In this document: positions 50,527 to 60,902 of the stretch, piece after piece
Layout of the letters: each line of letters opens with the position of its first letter
Numbering within the stretch: position 1 is the stretch's first letter
Assembly: GCA_963764165.1 (NCBI GenBank)
Contig: CAVXRD010000002.1
Span: 3,168,001-3,232,000, forward strand
DNA length: 64,000 nucleotides
DNA from: an uncultured Verrucomicrobiae bacterium
Lineage (GTDB): Bacteria > Verrucomicrobiota > Verrucomicrobiia > Limisphaerales > Palsa-1400
Reading direction: 5' to 3'
Made by a program: the position numbers and the translations under genes
The notes under the pieces: model-generated
Told to the model about the DNA's origin: nothing
Seen by the model: the letters and a program-made list of their open reading frames with translations, nothing else
Databases searched by the model: none

Positions 50527-51281
50527 GAAACCTCCCGATTTAAAAACTGCCGCACCCACGGAAGAGGCGCGTGCTCTCGGAGCCAGGCCGGCTGGCCTTC
50601 GGCAACGATGCTTCGTTCCTTGGGATCCAGCACCACCACGCGGTCTGCCACCGAAAAAATGCTGGCCAATTCGTGTGTAACCATGACGAAGGTAATTCCC
50701 AAGCCGCTCGCCAGTTCGCGAATGAGCGCATCAAGCCCCGCCGAAGTAATGGGATCAAGTCCCGCGGATGGTTCGTCCAGAAAAAGCACACATGGATCAA
50801 GCACAATGGCTCTCGCGATGCCGGCGCGCTTTTGCATCCCGCCGCTCAAGTCGGCAGGCAGGCGGGTGGCAGCCGCTTCCAATCCCACCAGCCGCAGTTT
50901 GGAAAGCGCGATCAAGTCCTTGGCCATGGCTGGCAAATTCGTGAATTCATCGAGCGGCAATCGAACATTCTCGAATGTCGTCAACGAACCGAACAACGCC
51001 GCGCCTTGATAGAGAACTCCGAACTTCCGCAGTATGGCCATTCGCTCGTCGCCTTCCGCTTGGACAAGATTATCGCCTGAGATTAGGACGTCGCCCGAAA
51101 CGGGCGGGTAGAGTCCGATGAGATGTTTTAGCAGCGTGCTCTTGCCGGAGCCGGAGGCGCCAAGGATGGCGAACACTTCGCCGCGATGCACCTTGAAGTT
51201 GATCTTCTCCAAGACCACACGCTCGCCGTAACCAATCGTCAGGTCACGTGCCTCAATCAGGACTTTGCGTTCGTCACTCAT
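50523..51281 (-). CDS. MlaF-like ABC ATPase
   Basis: GASGSGKS, LSGGMQKR, LDEPSAGLDP. Confidence 0.92.
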   Translation of the reverse strand: MSDERKVLIEARDLTIGYGERVVLEKINFKVHRGEVFAILGASGSGKSTLLKHLIGLYPPVSGDVLISGDNLVQAEGDERMAILRKFGVLYQGAALFGSLTTFENVRLPLDEFTNLPAMAKDLIALSKLRLVGLEAAATRLPADLSGGMQKRAGIARAIVLDPCVLFLDEPSAGLDPITSAGLDALIRELASGLGITFVMVTHELASIFSVADRVVVLDPKERSIVAEGQPAWLREHAPLPWVRQFLNREVS

Positions 51282-52423
51282 TTTTTCAACACGAACGTCA
51301 CGGCCGCAAATACTGCGTCCGCCAGAATGATCAGCAAAATGCTGCTGACAACGGAGCGTGTGGTGGATTCGCCGACGGCGCGCGGGCCTTCTCCGGTTTG
51401 GAGTCCTCGCAGGCAGCTTACCGAAGCGACGATTCCGCCGAAAATCACGCTCTTGCAAAGTCCTTCGGCCAAATCTCCGATGTGAAGTCCGGCTTGAATT
51501 TGGTAAAAAACCATCCGCAACGGGAAGCCCAGCCCGATTAGAACTGGAATTCCGCCGAGGACGCCCGCATACATGGCGAATACGGTCAGGATCGGTGTCA
51601 ATAAAATGCCGGCCACGACGCGCTGGACGACTAAGAATTGCACCGGCGAAAGCCCCATCGTTTGCAAGGCATTCAGCTCTTCATTAACTTTCATCGTGCC
51701 CAGCTCGGCTGCGAAGGCCGAACCGGAGCGACCGGCGAGCATAATGGCAGCCATAACCGGCCCCAGCTCGCGGGAAATGGTCAGCCCGAGCAACTGGGCG
51801 ACGAACACCTGCGCCCCCAATTTGGCGAGCGGCTGGGCTGATTCAAAAGCGATGACCATGCCGATTAGGAACGTCAACAGGCAAACGATCGGCAAGGCGT
51901 TAACGCCGGCTGTTTCAAAGACGCGCATCACTTCATGCCACCGCATCCGGCGGGGAATGAAGAGACTCTTGGCGATTCCGAGCGAAACCTCCCCGATGAA
52001 TTCCACCTGCTGCCGTAAATCGCCCAACCAGGCTGCCACCGCCGCGCCAATATCTTCCAGTATAAAGCTGCAATGGGGTTCGTGATCCTGGATGGCCTTG
52101 TAATCTGCGTTCGAAAAACTGTGGAACAGGTGGTCGAGTTCCCGGCTCAATCCTGTCAATTCAACTTTCGCGCCTGGCGTCATGGTTCCGGAAGAAAGGC
52201 AATAGAGAAGCGCCAGTCCCGCGCTGTCGCAAGAGGAAAGCTGCCCCGCGTCGATTTTGAGAGTGGTTGCCTTTGCTTCGATCAAGTCGCGACCAAGGCG
52301 CTCCCAGGCGCGAGCGGTGGATGCGGCGTCAAGCTCACCCGCGAAGGTGAGTGTCGCCGTCCCATCCGCCCCGCTGGAAAGCACCCAGCGTAAAGGTGTG
52401 TCAGTTGCTTCGATTTCAGGCAT
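51278..52423 (-). CDS. MlaE permease with N-terminal STAS domain
   Basis: DSAGLA (STAS); RELGP, AGRSGSAFAAELGTM, VGESTT. Confidence 0.92.
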   Translation of the reverse strand: MPEIEATDTPLRWVLSSGADGTATLTFAGELDAASTARAWERLGRDLIEAKATTLKIDAGQLSSCDSAGLALLYCLSSGTMTPGAKVELTGLSRELDHLFHSFSNADYKAIQDHEPHCSFILEDIGAAVAAWLGDLRQQVEFIGEVSLGIAKSLFIPRRMRWHEVMRVFETAGVNALPIVCLLTFLIGMVIAFESAQPLAKLGAQVFVAQLLGLTISRELGPVMAAIMLAGRSGSAFAAELGTMKVNEELNALQTMGLSPVQFLVVQRVVAGILLTPILTVFAMYAGVLGGIPVLIGLGFPLRMVFYQIQAGLHIGDLAEGLCKSVIFGGIVASVSCLRGLQTGEGPRAVGESTTRSVVSSILLIILADAVFAAVTFVLKK

Positions 52424-52677
52424 TCAAAGTTCGCCCCTATTCTTTTGTGACCGTGCGAAAATCTGAGCTTTCCGATCGCTTCGCCCCAGCATCGCGCGCA
52501 ATGACGGGAAGTCGGGTTGCGTTCATATGTTCTATCAAAACCTAATGGTAACCGCTGGTGGCAACGTCAGCATAACGACCTCGCCTTCATGCCAGTTATT
52601 TTTGCAAACTGCAAGTTGCGATGCGACCCGCTGATTCGGGAAAACTCAAGTCTCGCGATGCTTCGTGATGCCTCCTC

Positions 52678-54594
52678 TTATTGATTTTCCGGCGCGGCCA
52701 AGCCATCGAGAGCTTCCAGGATCGCCCGTTGCACTTCCGGCTGACACAGATTGCCCGTATGCCCCCCGTGCTCAAAAACTTTCAATCTTCCGGACTCGAA
52801 CTCCGACTCCATCCACGCGGTATCTTCGGGCGCCATGAACAAGTCGTTTCGGTTGGCGATGATCCGAATATTCTGATTCCCTCGCAGTTCGGCAGAATAG
52901 GCGTGCAAATCCGTCCCCTTGTCAATTACTGCCGGATCGTCGAGATCAATGCCTCGGGTCTTGTCATATGGTTTTGCGAATTTTTGAATGTATTGTCGAA
53001 GGGAATACCGCATGATCTCGTCATAGGCCGCCCAACGTCTGGATTTCTTCAACGGTTGTATTAGGACTCCCTGATTGTGGCGTAGTTGACTGCTGAAAAT
53101 AACATCCCGCAATGTCAATCGAAAGGCCAGACCAATCAGGAAACGGCTTTCAATAGAGTTGAAAGGCAGGGAGGATCTTTGCTCCGGCGATTTCATGCTT
53201 ACGGCCGCGACCTTGAGCAATGTATTTTCGATGTTGGCGGTTCGGTCAGTCGCAGGCCACTCCAATGCGGCATCGTAAAACTTGTCCACGTTAGTTACAG
53301 CATATTGCAAACGCACTGGCGTATCGATGGCAACATAGCGTTCAAATTTGATCGATGGCGACCCGGTAGCATTCGTTTGCGCCGCCAGCAACATGGCCTG
53401 AAAACCTCCCATTGAGTAACCCATGAGTGCTCTTGGTCCGAGTCGATGCGGATACGCAACCTGCAATTGGCGGTCTATTTCGGTCAGAGCAACTTGAACA
53501 TCTTGCGCGTCGATTGGTGGATAGCTTGGAAGGTCTGTTGTTGAAGCACGTTCCATGAATTCTGGATGAAAGGAGCTGCTGACGCAAACCGCGGAAAAGC
53601 CGTGCGTGTAAAGGAGTTCGGCCAGGGCCAGTTCATTCCCCGCCAACCGATGGGCGCCAATGCCCGGCACTAAATACACGATAGGGGCATGTTTCGGCTG
53701 GAGCCAGAAAGTAAAACCTAATTTTCTGCCCGTGGCGGGAATTAAGACAGACATAGTCTTTCCGTGAGCTGGAAACTCGGGGTTTTTATATGTGCAAAAG
53801 ACCGCTTGCAGCGTTTCGAGCGTCGGTTCGTCCTGTTCTCCGACAACGCGCATGTCGGCCTTTTGATTTTCATGGGAAAGAGACCACGCGTATTCAAGGA
53901 TCGAATAAGGGTCTGCTTGGGACTCGCTAAAGCAAACAGATGCCTCTACGGTGTCACTAAAATTGTTCACCGTGGCCCCAGTGTTAATTAAGCTGTAGGG
54001 AAAGAAATAAGTTTGCGGCTCAACTGCCGTGTCCCCCGCCAGGCCAACAGCATCGCGGTCGTCGCTTGGCCCGAAAATGGGCAACATCAAATACAGTCCC
54101 GGGCTCCAGCCCCATTCTTTGAAGGTTTGCCCGAAATCGGCCTCGCTCTTTGCTATGTTCCATTTCGTCGCCACATCAAAAAAGCCTCCCAGCCCTAAGA
54201 CCGCGTTGCACAAGCATCGCTCCGTTTCATTTGCCGCGCCCGTCCACCTCCCTTGCAACAGATTATTCGCAAGCCGCCCGGGGTAGGTGAAGTTTTTGCC
54301 AACATTCCCGATGCCGGTCCGCACCGGCTTAACAACAACGAACCGATAGCCTCGAGAGAACGGCCGGACCACCGAAGTCATAAAACCCTTGTTGAAATCC
54401 CACATCGCGCGATTGAATGGCTCGATGGGATCTTTAAAACCTGTGGGCAGGACAATGGAATTTTCGACGGCAATCGGTGACGGCGTTTGCACCGGCGCAT
54501 TGGAATCAGAAACGGCCAGAGTCTGCGCTGATCCAGATTGAGACAACAACCAGCCCATTGTTATAAGAATTAGTGATTTAGCTTGGTTGAACAT
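52678..54594 (-). CDS. MlaA/VacJ domain fused to alpha/beta hydrolase
   Basis: DPIEPFNRAM, DFGQT, YLMLPIFGPS; then PGIG, GYSMGG, HGGHTG. Confidence 0.85.
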   Translation of the reverse strand: MFNQAKSLILITMGWLLSQSGSAQTLAVSDSNAPVQTPSPIAVENSIVLPTGFKDPIEPFNRAMWDFNKGFMTSVVRPFSRGYRFVVVKPVRTGIGNVGKNFTYPGRLANNLLQGRWTGAANETERCLCNAVLGLGGFFDVATKWNIAKSEADFGQTFKEWGWSPGLYLMLPIFGPSDDRDAVGLAGDTAVEPQTYFFPYSLINTGATVNNFSDTVEASVCFSESQADPYSILEYAWSLSHENQKADMRVVGEQDEPTLETLQAVFCTYKNPEFPAHGKTMSVLIPATGRKLGFTFWLQPKHAPIVYLVPGIGAHRLAGNELALAELLYTHGFSAVCVSSSFHPEFMERASTTDLPSYPPIDAQDVQVALTEIDRQLQVAYPHRLGPRALMGYSMGGFQAMLLAAQTNATGSPSIKFERYVAIDTPVRLQYAVTNVDKFYDAALEWPATDRTANIENTLLKVAAVSMKSPEQRSSLPFNSIESRFLIGLAFRLTLRDVIFSSQLRHNQGVLIQPLKKSRRWAAYDEIMRYSLRQYIQKFAKPYDKTRGIDLDDPAVIDKGTDLHAYSAELRGNQNIRIIANRNDLFMAPEDTAWMESEFESGRLKVFEHGGHTGNLCQPEVQRAILEALDGLAAPENQ

Positions 54595-54604
54595 ATGTGA
54601 GTTT

Positions 54605-54708
54605 GTTCCTAATTTCTGAGTCACCTGAAGATGCCTCATCTTGCAGGTGGGCGTCCTGACGAACTCGTCCGGGATCGGAAGCAGATCACCGATATTGAAA
54701 TTAGGAGC
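54605..54708 (-). ncRNA. candidate structured 5' leader (multi-stem junction)
   Basis: 11/12-bp closing stem enclosing three hairpins, ending 10 nt before the ATG. Confidence 0.35.
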
Positions 54709-54803
54709 GACATTTTCTTTTCCAATGCACCAGTATGGAACAGCCAGCGGAAGGCTGCCATCAGACCTCTAACATAGTGCCGGCTGCCTCCTTGGAGGGG
54801 GAC

Positions 54804-55895
54804 TCACGCTGATAAATTTTCACGCACGAGGGGCGCGACCTTTGTTCCCAGTAGTTCAATTCCCCGCATGAAATTAGCCTGGGACAATTCAGCAACATCC
54901 ATCTGAAACGTGATCCTTGAGATTCCGCCCAAGGCTTCGCTATGGAGCAGGATTTTTTCAGCCACTTCTTCCGGGTTCCCGGTCATCATCGCGCCGTTTG
55001 TGCTCCGCGCGGCATCAAAATGAGACCGCGTGATCGGTGGCCAGCCCCGTTCCTTGCCAATCCGCGAAAACGTCTTGGCGTAACCGGGAAAAAAATCTGC
55101 AATGGCTTTCTCCGTCGTTTCCGCCACATATCCAACAACGTGGATTCCCACTTTAAGTTTGCCGGGCGCATGGCCTGCCCTGCTCCCGTACTCACGATAG
55201 ATATCCACCAGCGGGCGAAACCGTCTCGTCTCTCCGCCAATGATCGCGATCATCAACGGCAAGCCCAGTGCGCCCGCACGCGCTGCAGATTCCGGTCTGC
55301 CGCCAATACCGACCCAAACCGGGAAGGGATTTTGCACGGGACGAGGATAAACACCCTGGCCTGTCAATGGCGGCCGGAACTTGCCTGCCCAATGCACGAA
55401 TTCGTTCTCGCGCAGCTTTAAAAGCAATTCGAGCTTTTCGACAAAGAGATCATCGTAGTCTTCGATTTTGAGACCGAACAATGGAAAGGACTCCGTGAAC
55501 GAACCGCGGCCAACGACCATCTCCGCGCGGCCCTTGGAGAGAAGGTCGAGCGTGGCAAAACTTTGGAACACGCGAACCGGATCGGCCGCGCTTAACACCG
55601 TGACGGCGCTGGTGAGACGAATCTGATTGGTCTGCGCAGCCGCTGCCGCGAGAATCATCGCCGGCGCGGAATCGAGAAACTCGGGGCGATGATGCTCGCC
55701 CACGCCGAAGACATCCAAGCCAGTCTGATCAGCAAGTTTGATGCGCTCGACAAGATTAAGCACGCTGTCCGATGCGCTGATTTGGTTGTCCGAGGACCTT
55801 GCGGCAAAGCTGTCAACGCCGACCTGAATCGGCGGGACGGGGCCATTCCGTTCTGTCTTGAGATATTCGGCTGTTGTCTGCATCGATTCACTCAT
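54804..55895 (-). CDS. LLM-class flavin-dependent oxidoreductase
   Basis: GVGEHHR, LTSAVTVLS.DPVRV, GRGSFTESFPLFG. Confidence 0.92.
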   Translation of the reverse strand: MSESMQTTAEYLKTERNGPVPPIQVGVDSFAARSSDNQISASDSVLNLVERIKLADQTGLDVFGVGEHHRPEFLDSAPAMILAAAAAQTNQIRLTSAVTVLSAADPVRVFQSFATLDLLSKGRAEMVVGRGSFTESFPLFGLKIEDYDDLFVEKLELLLKLRENEFVHWAGKFRPPLTGQGVYPRPVQNPFPVWVGIGGRPESAARAGALGLPLMIAIIGGETRRFRPLVDIYREYGSRAGHAPGKLKVGIHVVGYVAETTEKAIADFFPGYAKTFSRIGKERGWPPITRSHFDAARSTNGAMMTGNPEEVAEKILLHSEALGGISRITFQMDVAELSQANFMRGIELLGTKVAPLVRENLSA

Positions 55896-56068
55896 GTCTC
55901 CAAATTACATGGGGCCATCACATCTGTGAAATATGATGATCCTTGGCTCAGCATAACTTTAAGGCATGCCTCTCGACCAATGCGACACGCGGATGCCTGA
56001 TAATTATTCTCCGAGCCGAATAACACCAGCGAAGCAAGACACAAAGAGCGCGAGTAAAACTCATTCTA

Positions 56069-57169
56069 TTGATCTCTGTATAATATAGTGACAATATCAC
56101 CAAAGCTCGGCTTGCTTCCAGAAGGCAGTGACCAATTTGGGTCTGCGCCGCATCCGGCTCAGGGCCTTGCGCCCGCAATGACTCAACTTCGCCAGGTCGG
56201 CCGCGCAAAGATTGGGCAACTCGTGCTGCTTGAAGTAACCCCAGACATACTCGGTGGGATTGAGTTCGGGCGCATAGGCAGGCAGTCGTTCCACCCAGAT
56301 TTTGCCTTTCAGTTGATCCACATAGTCCCGCACCAGCCGGCTGCGGTGGATGGGACCACCGTCCCAAATGACCAGAAGCTTGCCCGGGATGTGGCGTTGC
56401 AGATGTTTCAAGAATTCGATCACCTGCGGGCCTTTGATGGTGCCGGGGTAAAGCCGGAAGTAAAAGTTCCAGACCGTCACCCCGGCGATGATCGAAAGCT
56501 TTTTCCAGTTGAAGTCGAACTGCAATACCGGGGTCTGGCCGCGCGGCGCCCAAGTGCGAACCCGGTGCGGCTTCTGGCTCAATCCGCTCTCGTCGATGAA
56601 AACCACGATTCGCCTCTCGCGGAGGGCTTTTTTTTAAGCTGCGGCCAGCGCACTTTGCGCCAGCGGGTGATCTCCCGCTCATGGCGCTGCCGAGCCTGGG
56701 TGGTGGGCCGCTGGCAGCTCCAACCCAGCTTTTGCAGAAGCCGGCAAACATGGTCCTCGTGGTATTGGACGCCCGTCAACCGTTGGATAACGGCGGCCAC
56801 CCGCCGGGTGGTCCAAAGCTGGGTGCCAAAGTCATGGGCTTCGGGTCCCTGTTTGAGGGCCCGTTCCAACTGGCGGAAGTTCTCGTCGGTCAGGCGGGGC
56901 TTGCGCCCGGCTCGCCCAGCCTTTTTGAGAGAGGGCGCGCCATGGTCCTGCCAAGCCTTATGCCAGCGGCTGACCGATTGCCGGTGGACGCCAACTTGGC
57001 GGGCGACCTCGGCCTGGCTCAAGCCTCGGTCGAAAAGTTTGACGGCTTTCATGCGCCGCCGTTCCAGTTGTGCAAACTGCGCCAAATCGCGTTTTACGCC
57101 TTTAGGATTTCCCATACCCAAAAATTAGCATAAAAACAATAATGTGTCACTATATTATGCAGAGATCAA
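56069..57169 (-). mobile_element. complete IS630-family element
   Basis: TIR TTGATCTCTG(T/C)ATAATATAGTGACA (24/25), TA duplication, two ORFs joined by an A8 slippery run at 56628-56635. Confidence 0.95.
56097..57115 (-). CDS. IS630 transposase (HTH ORF plus DDE ORF, -1 frameshift)
   Basis: HTH..WTTRRV..LGWS; KKALRERRIVVFIDESG, WDG..H, PAYAPELNPTE. Confidence 0.92.
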
Positions 57170-58805
57170 TAGGTGCGAAAGCCGCCCATCAAGGCGGATG
57201 CTTTTGCCTTCCGTGATATCGATGGCCACGGTCTTTCCGTTGTAGGAAAATTGGTAAGTGCCGCGCGCGGTGCCCTTGATCGTTGCGCTAACAAGAACTC
57301 GTTGCTTCCACACCATATCGACTTCAAGGCCACCCCGCGCGCGAAGGCCTCTAACCAATCCGTCGTTCCACGCCTCAGGCAAGGCAGGCAGCAAATAGAT
57401 TTGGATACACTCCGCCTCCGCTGTCATATCGAATATCCATGCCTGAGGCGGGCGCGAGCGCGGCGCGCACCAACTTCCAAGCGTGGTCGCCGTCTTCCAA
57501 TCGACTCCATAATAAGGCCTTGTAAGCAAGCGCCCAGCCCACCCCGTCATCCCCTCTCGCTTCCAACGTTTTGCGCGCTGCGGTGGCAAGACTTGGTGTG
57601 GCCAGCGGTGAAATTTGGCCGCCCGGGTACAATCCCCACAAATGCGACACGTGCCGATGGTGCGGATCCGCTTCCTTGTATGGCTCAGGCCATTCCATGA
57701 TGCGCCCGTCCGGCCCAATTTGTACTGGCATCAGCTTCGCGAGTTGTCTCGCGAGCTTGCTTCGGAACTCCTGATCAACCCCCAGGATCGTCGCTGACTC
57801 GATACAAGCATCAAATAAACTACGTGTGATTTCCGATTGATAGGCCGAGCCCAAAGCGATGGCTGGCTGCTGATGGTCGGGCGATTCAAAATGATTTTCC
57901 GGTGAATTTGCCGGGGCGTCAACGAGCCAGTGATGTTTCGGATCCTCAATCAAAAGATCGGAATAAAATTCAGCGGCGCCTTTCATGATGGGATAAGCCC
58001 ATTTGAGGAACTCCTTATCGCGCGTGAATAAGTAGTGATCCCACAAATGCTGACAGAGCCAGCCGGAACCGCTCATGGTGGATCCCCACGAAGCGGATTC
58101 GCCCGGAGACGTGTATCCCCACGGATTGGTGATGACGTGTGCCACCCAGCCGGTTGCATGGTAATAAGAACGGGCCGTTTGCGCTCCCGGCTTTTGCAAT
58201 GAGTCTATGAGCGCGAACAGGGGCTGTGTCAAATCCGAGAGATTACAAACTTCCGCCGGCCAATAGTTCATCTCTACATTCATGTCCAGATGCCAGTCTC
58301 CCGTCCACGGCGTGTGGATTTCTTCGGCCCATATCCCTTGCAAGTTTGGCGGCAGCCCGCCGGGGCGGGAGGAGGAAATCAACAAATATCGGCCAAAATT
58401 AAAATACAGCGCCGCCAGGCTTGGATCGCCACTCTTATTCGCCAGCCGGACGCGTTCAGGTGTCGGCTTCGCCTCTGCCGTTACATCAGATGGACTGAGA
58501 TGAAGCGAGACTCGCTGGTAGTATTTTTGATAATCCGCAATATGCGCATCGCGCAATGAGGCATACGATTTCTCCGCCGCTTTGTTTAAATCGTCCAGCG
58601 TTGCGCTTGACGGATCTTTTGTCTCGCGACCAGCGAAACCCTGGTAATCCGTCGCGGCGGCAATCAACAAAATAGCTTCATCCGCGTGGCTGACACTCAA
58701 AAGATTCCCCTGAGCGGAGGTTTGCCCGCCTCGAATGAGAACGCGCGCGCGCACGGCATAGCGAATGCCGTCGCCACCTTTGCCGTTGTCCAATTGGCCG
58801 GTCAT
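57170..58805 (-). pseudogene. GH95 alpha-L-fucosidase relic (5' truncated, internal deletion with frameshift, IS630 at 3' end)
   Basis: FGRYLLISSSR, NLQGIW, MNYW, HRHVSHLWGLYP; YPNLF joins LLPALP out of frame with the PPFQIDGN segment missing. Confidence 0.9.
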
Positions 58806-58916
58806 CGGAGTCGCTCGGGTTCGCCTGGCACACCCGCAGCCATTCCCAAGACACCAGGAAAGCTTGCCGAGCCGATGACGCGATAGGAAGCCTGGCTGAG
58901 ATTGTATGGCGAAATT

Positions 58917-59473
58917 TTAGGAGCGGATGACGATCTCGAGTTTCTTGAGAGTAAAATCGTGGTAGGTTTGAGCCATTGTTACACGCTCCCGTGCGGCCGT
59001 GAGCAAATGGATGTTGCTCAATAGCAATCGCACCAAATTCGCACAACCCAAACGCAAAATAGGGCAGAGGCAATCAGCACCGCCATCCGCCAGTATTCGG
59101 GATGCCATTTTTCGGGGTCTTGAATTCCTTTTGGCGGTTCCATCATGCCTTTGACTTCTGGAATCAGAAAGTAAAGCGACGTTCCTGCCGCAATTGCACA
59201 AACAACGGCGTAAACCCATGACAAAATCAGATGCGATTTTGCCTTTTTTGTCCAATATGTCACAGGCGAGCGCAATACCAAAGCGTCGTCATACGTTTTT
59301 CTCAATTCTGTCCATTCGGTCTTGGCCCTCGTCATTTTGTAATCGTTATCTGTGGCCCAATCCGACAGCGACACCCATTCCATAGAGGAAATAGCTGACG
59401 GTTGGGGCTCGGCGTTTTTGGGAGCAACCAAGCCGGAAAGCACCGCCAAGAGAACTACTGGTGACAATTTCAT
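58917..59473 (-). pseudogene. mosaic of gene fragments including a frameshifted DUF6161-like membrane segment
   Basis: PVTYW..K, WVVRI | LVRLLLSNIHL..A.ERVTMAQTY split over two frames; unrelated signal-peptide start. Confidence 0.5.
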
Positions 59474-59597
59474 GGTAATCCGTCTGTCTTGTCCGGCTTG
59501 AATACCGATCCGGGGCGGCAACAGACTAGCCGCAAATGAACCAGGGAAATCCTCTTGGAGTGAATGAGCGGCGCAATAAATGCGCCGAAGCCCAAAT

Positions 59598-59951
59598 TCA
59601 AATGTTAGAGGCCAGAGTCGAAGCTAGGGAAGGTTGCTTGGGGCCCGCGCTCGTGCGGCAATTGATTTGGCTGGGCTGCCGGCAGAAGGGTTCGGGGAAG
59701 GCCGACAAACCAGACCAAGCAAGTATCGGCGCGGCCAGAACTAGTGCTTCGGTTGATGGAAGAACCTGGGAGTGGGCAAACAGAGTAATCGCGCACTCAT
59801 GATCCGGAGCATCCGCATCCGAGTGAACCAGCCGGTGAAGGAATGAGCTTGCTGAAAGAAAACCTAAGACCAGCACCAAACCGACGCCAAGAACCGCTGC
59901 CGCACGGCGCAGGGCTTTAACAAGATTGAAATTCAGCGTCTGTAAATGCAA
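59598..59951 (-). CDS. His-rich DUF2946-like small protein, copy A (3' end probably frameshifted)
   Basis: TM, then HRLVHSDADAPDHECAITLFAH; LPHERGP lies in another frame. Confidence 0.6.
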   Translation of the reverse strand: MHLQTLNFNLVKALRRAAAVLGVGLVLVLGFLSASSFLHRLVHSDADAPDHECAITLFAHSQVLPSTEALVLAAPILAWSGLSAFPEPFCRQPSQINCRTSAGPKQPSLASTLASNI

Positions 59952-59965
59952 ATCATTTGCAATTA
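59943..59965. promoter_or_regulatory. Fur-family-like operator, copy A
   Basis: TAAATGCAA-ATCAT-TTGCAATTA. Confidence 0.65.
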
Positions 59966-60128
59966 GACACCATCTCTAGTGCTTTGCAAGCTGTTTTTTG
60001 GGAGATTGTTTGCCGCTTGGCTGACGACCAGGGTATTTCCCAAAAAAGCTCGAGTCTGTGTTTGACGGAGGGTGAATCCGTTCGCATTGGCAATCCGAGA
60101 ATCGAGATTAGCCGGCACTAACCTAGGC

Positions 60129-60902
60129 TCAGCCTTTGAGATGAAATCCCACCACAAGCAAGGCAATGACAAGAAATCCGATGCTGAAAAAGCCAAGAAC
60201 AATTCCCTTATGATGCTTCCAAATTTCCCCCAGAATTGCATGAATGCCGAGAAAGACAAATCCGCCCCCTGCGTGAGCCAAGGCCACGCCCAGCCAAAGT
60301 TCGGAAACTCCATGCAGAACGAATAGGCCGATCAGTCCTCCCAAAACAGTAGTCAATTCAACGGCTGCAACCATCAAGAGCATTCTGCTGGAAGTGAAGC
60401 CGGCGCCGAGCAGCAAGGCTCCGAGAGCCATGCCTTCCGGCGCCTTGTGAACGCATATTGCGAACATCATCGCCGCATCCAGCACATGGGCGTTCGTGCC
60501 TGTTTCCTCATGGCCCGCAGCCAAGGCCAATCCGTCGACCGCGCAATGAATTGCCAGCGCCACCGTCATGGCCAGCGCAATCTCGCCAAAATGGTGGGTG
60601 GTTGCCTCGTCAAAATGACTGGCCGCGCAGGCAGGGCAGACATGGAAGACATATTTGCTGATTAACGCGAAGAGGAAATAGCCGCTGGCGGCTGCTAGTG
60701 CGAACTGCCAGAGATGCAAGGATTCCAGGCACTCCGGCACGATGGCGAACACGGTCACGCCTAACAGCGTGCCCGCCCCAAGGCTGATCAGAGCGCAAAG
60801 CCGTTTGTGCGTTCCAGCTATGCACGCGCTGGCCACGCCACCAGCCAAGGCGATCAAAAATGCCGCCCCGGTGCGAATCAAGATGGCAGCAGCGGCGCTC
60901 AT
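60129..60902 (-). CDS. ZIP family metal transporter
   Basis: GAGTLLG, HVCPAC..SH loop, IHCAVDG, VHKAPEG; about 8 TM helices. Confidence 0.88.
   Translation of the reverse strand: MSAAAAILIRTGAAFLIALAGGVASACIAGTHKRLCALISLGAGTLLGVTVFAIVPECLESLHLWQFALAAASGYFLFALISKYVFHVCPACAASHFDEATTHHFGEIALAMTVALAIHCAVDGLALAAGHEETGTNAHVLDAAMMFAICVHKAPEGMALGALLLGAGFTSSRMLLMVAAVELTTVLGGLIGLFVLHGVSELWLGVALAHAGGGFVFLGIHAILGEIWKHHKGIVLGFFSIGFLVIALLVVGFHLKG

Noticed and set aside
54605..54708. Assignment to the yybP-ykoY or NiCo riboswitch classes
   Set aside because: Their conserved sequence motifs are not visible; kept only as an unclassified candidate
35413..57128. Antisense ORFs 35413-36732, 47871-48890 and 56088-57128
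   Set aside because: Opposite-strand shadows of the porin, dehydrogenase and IS630 genes
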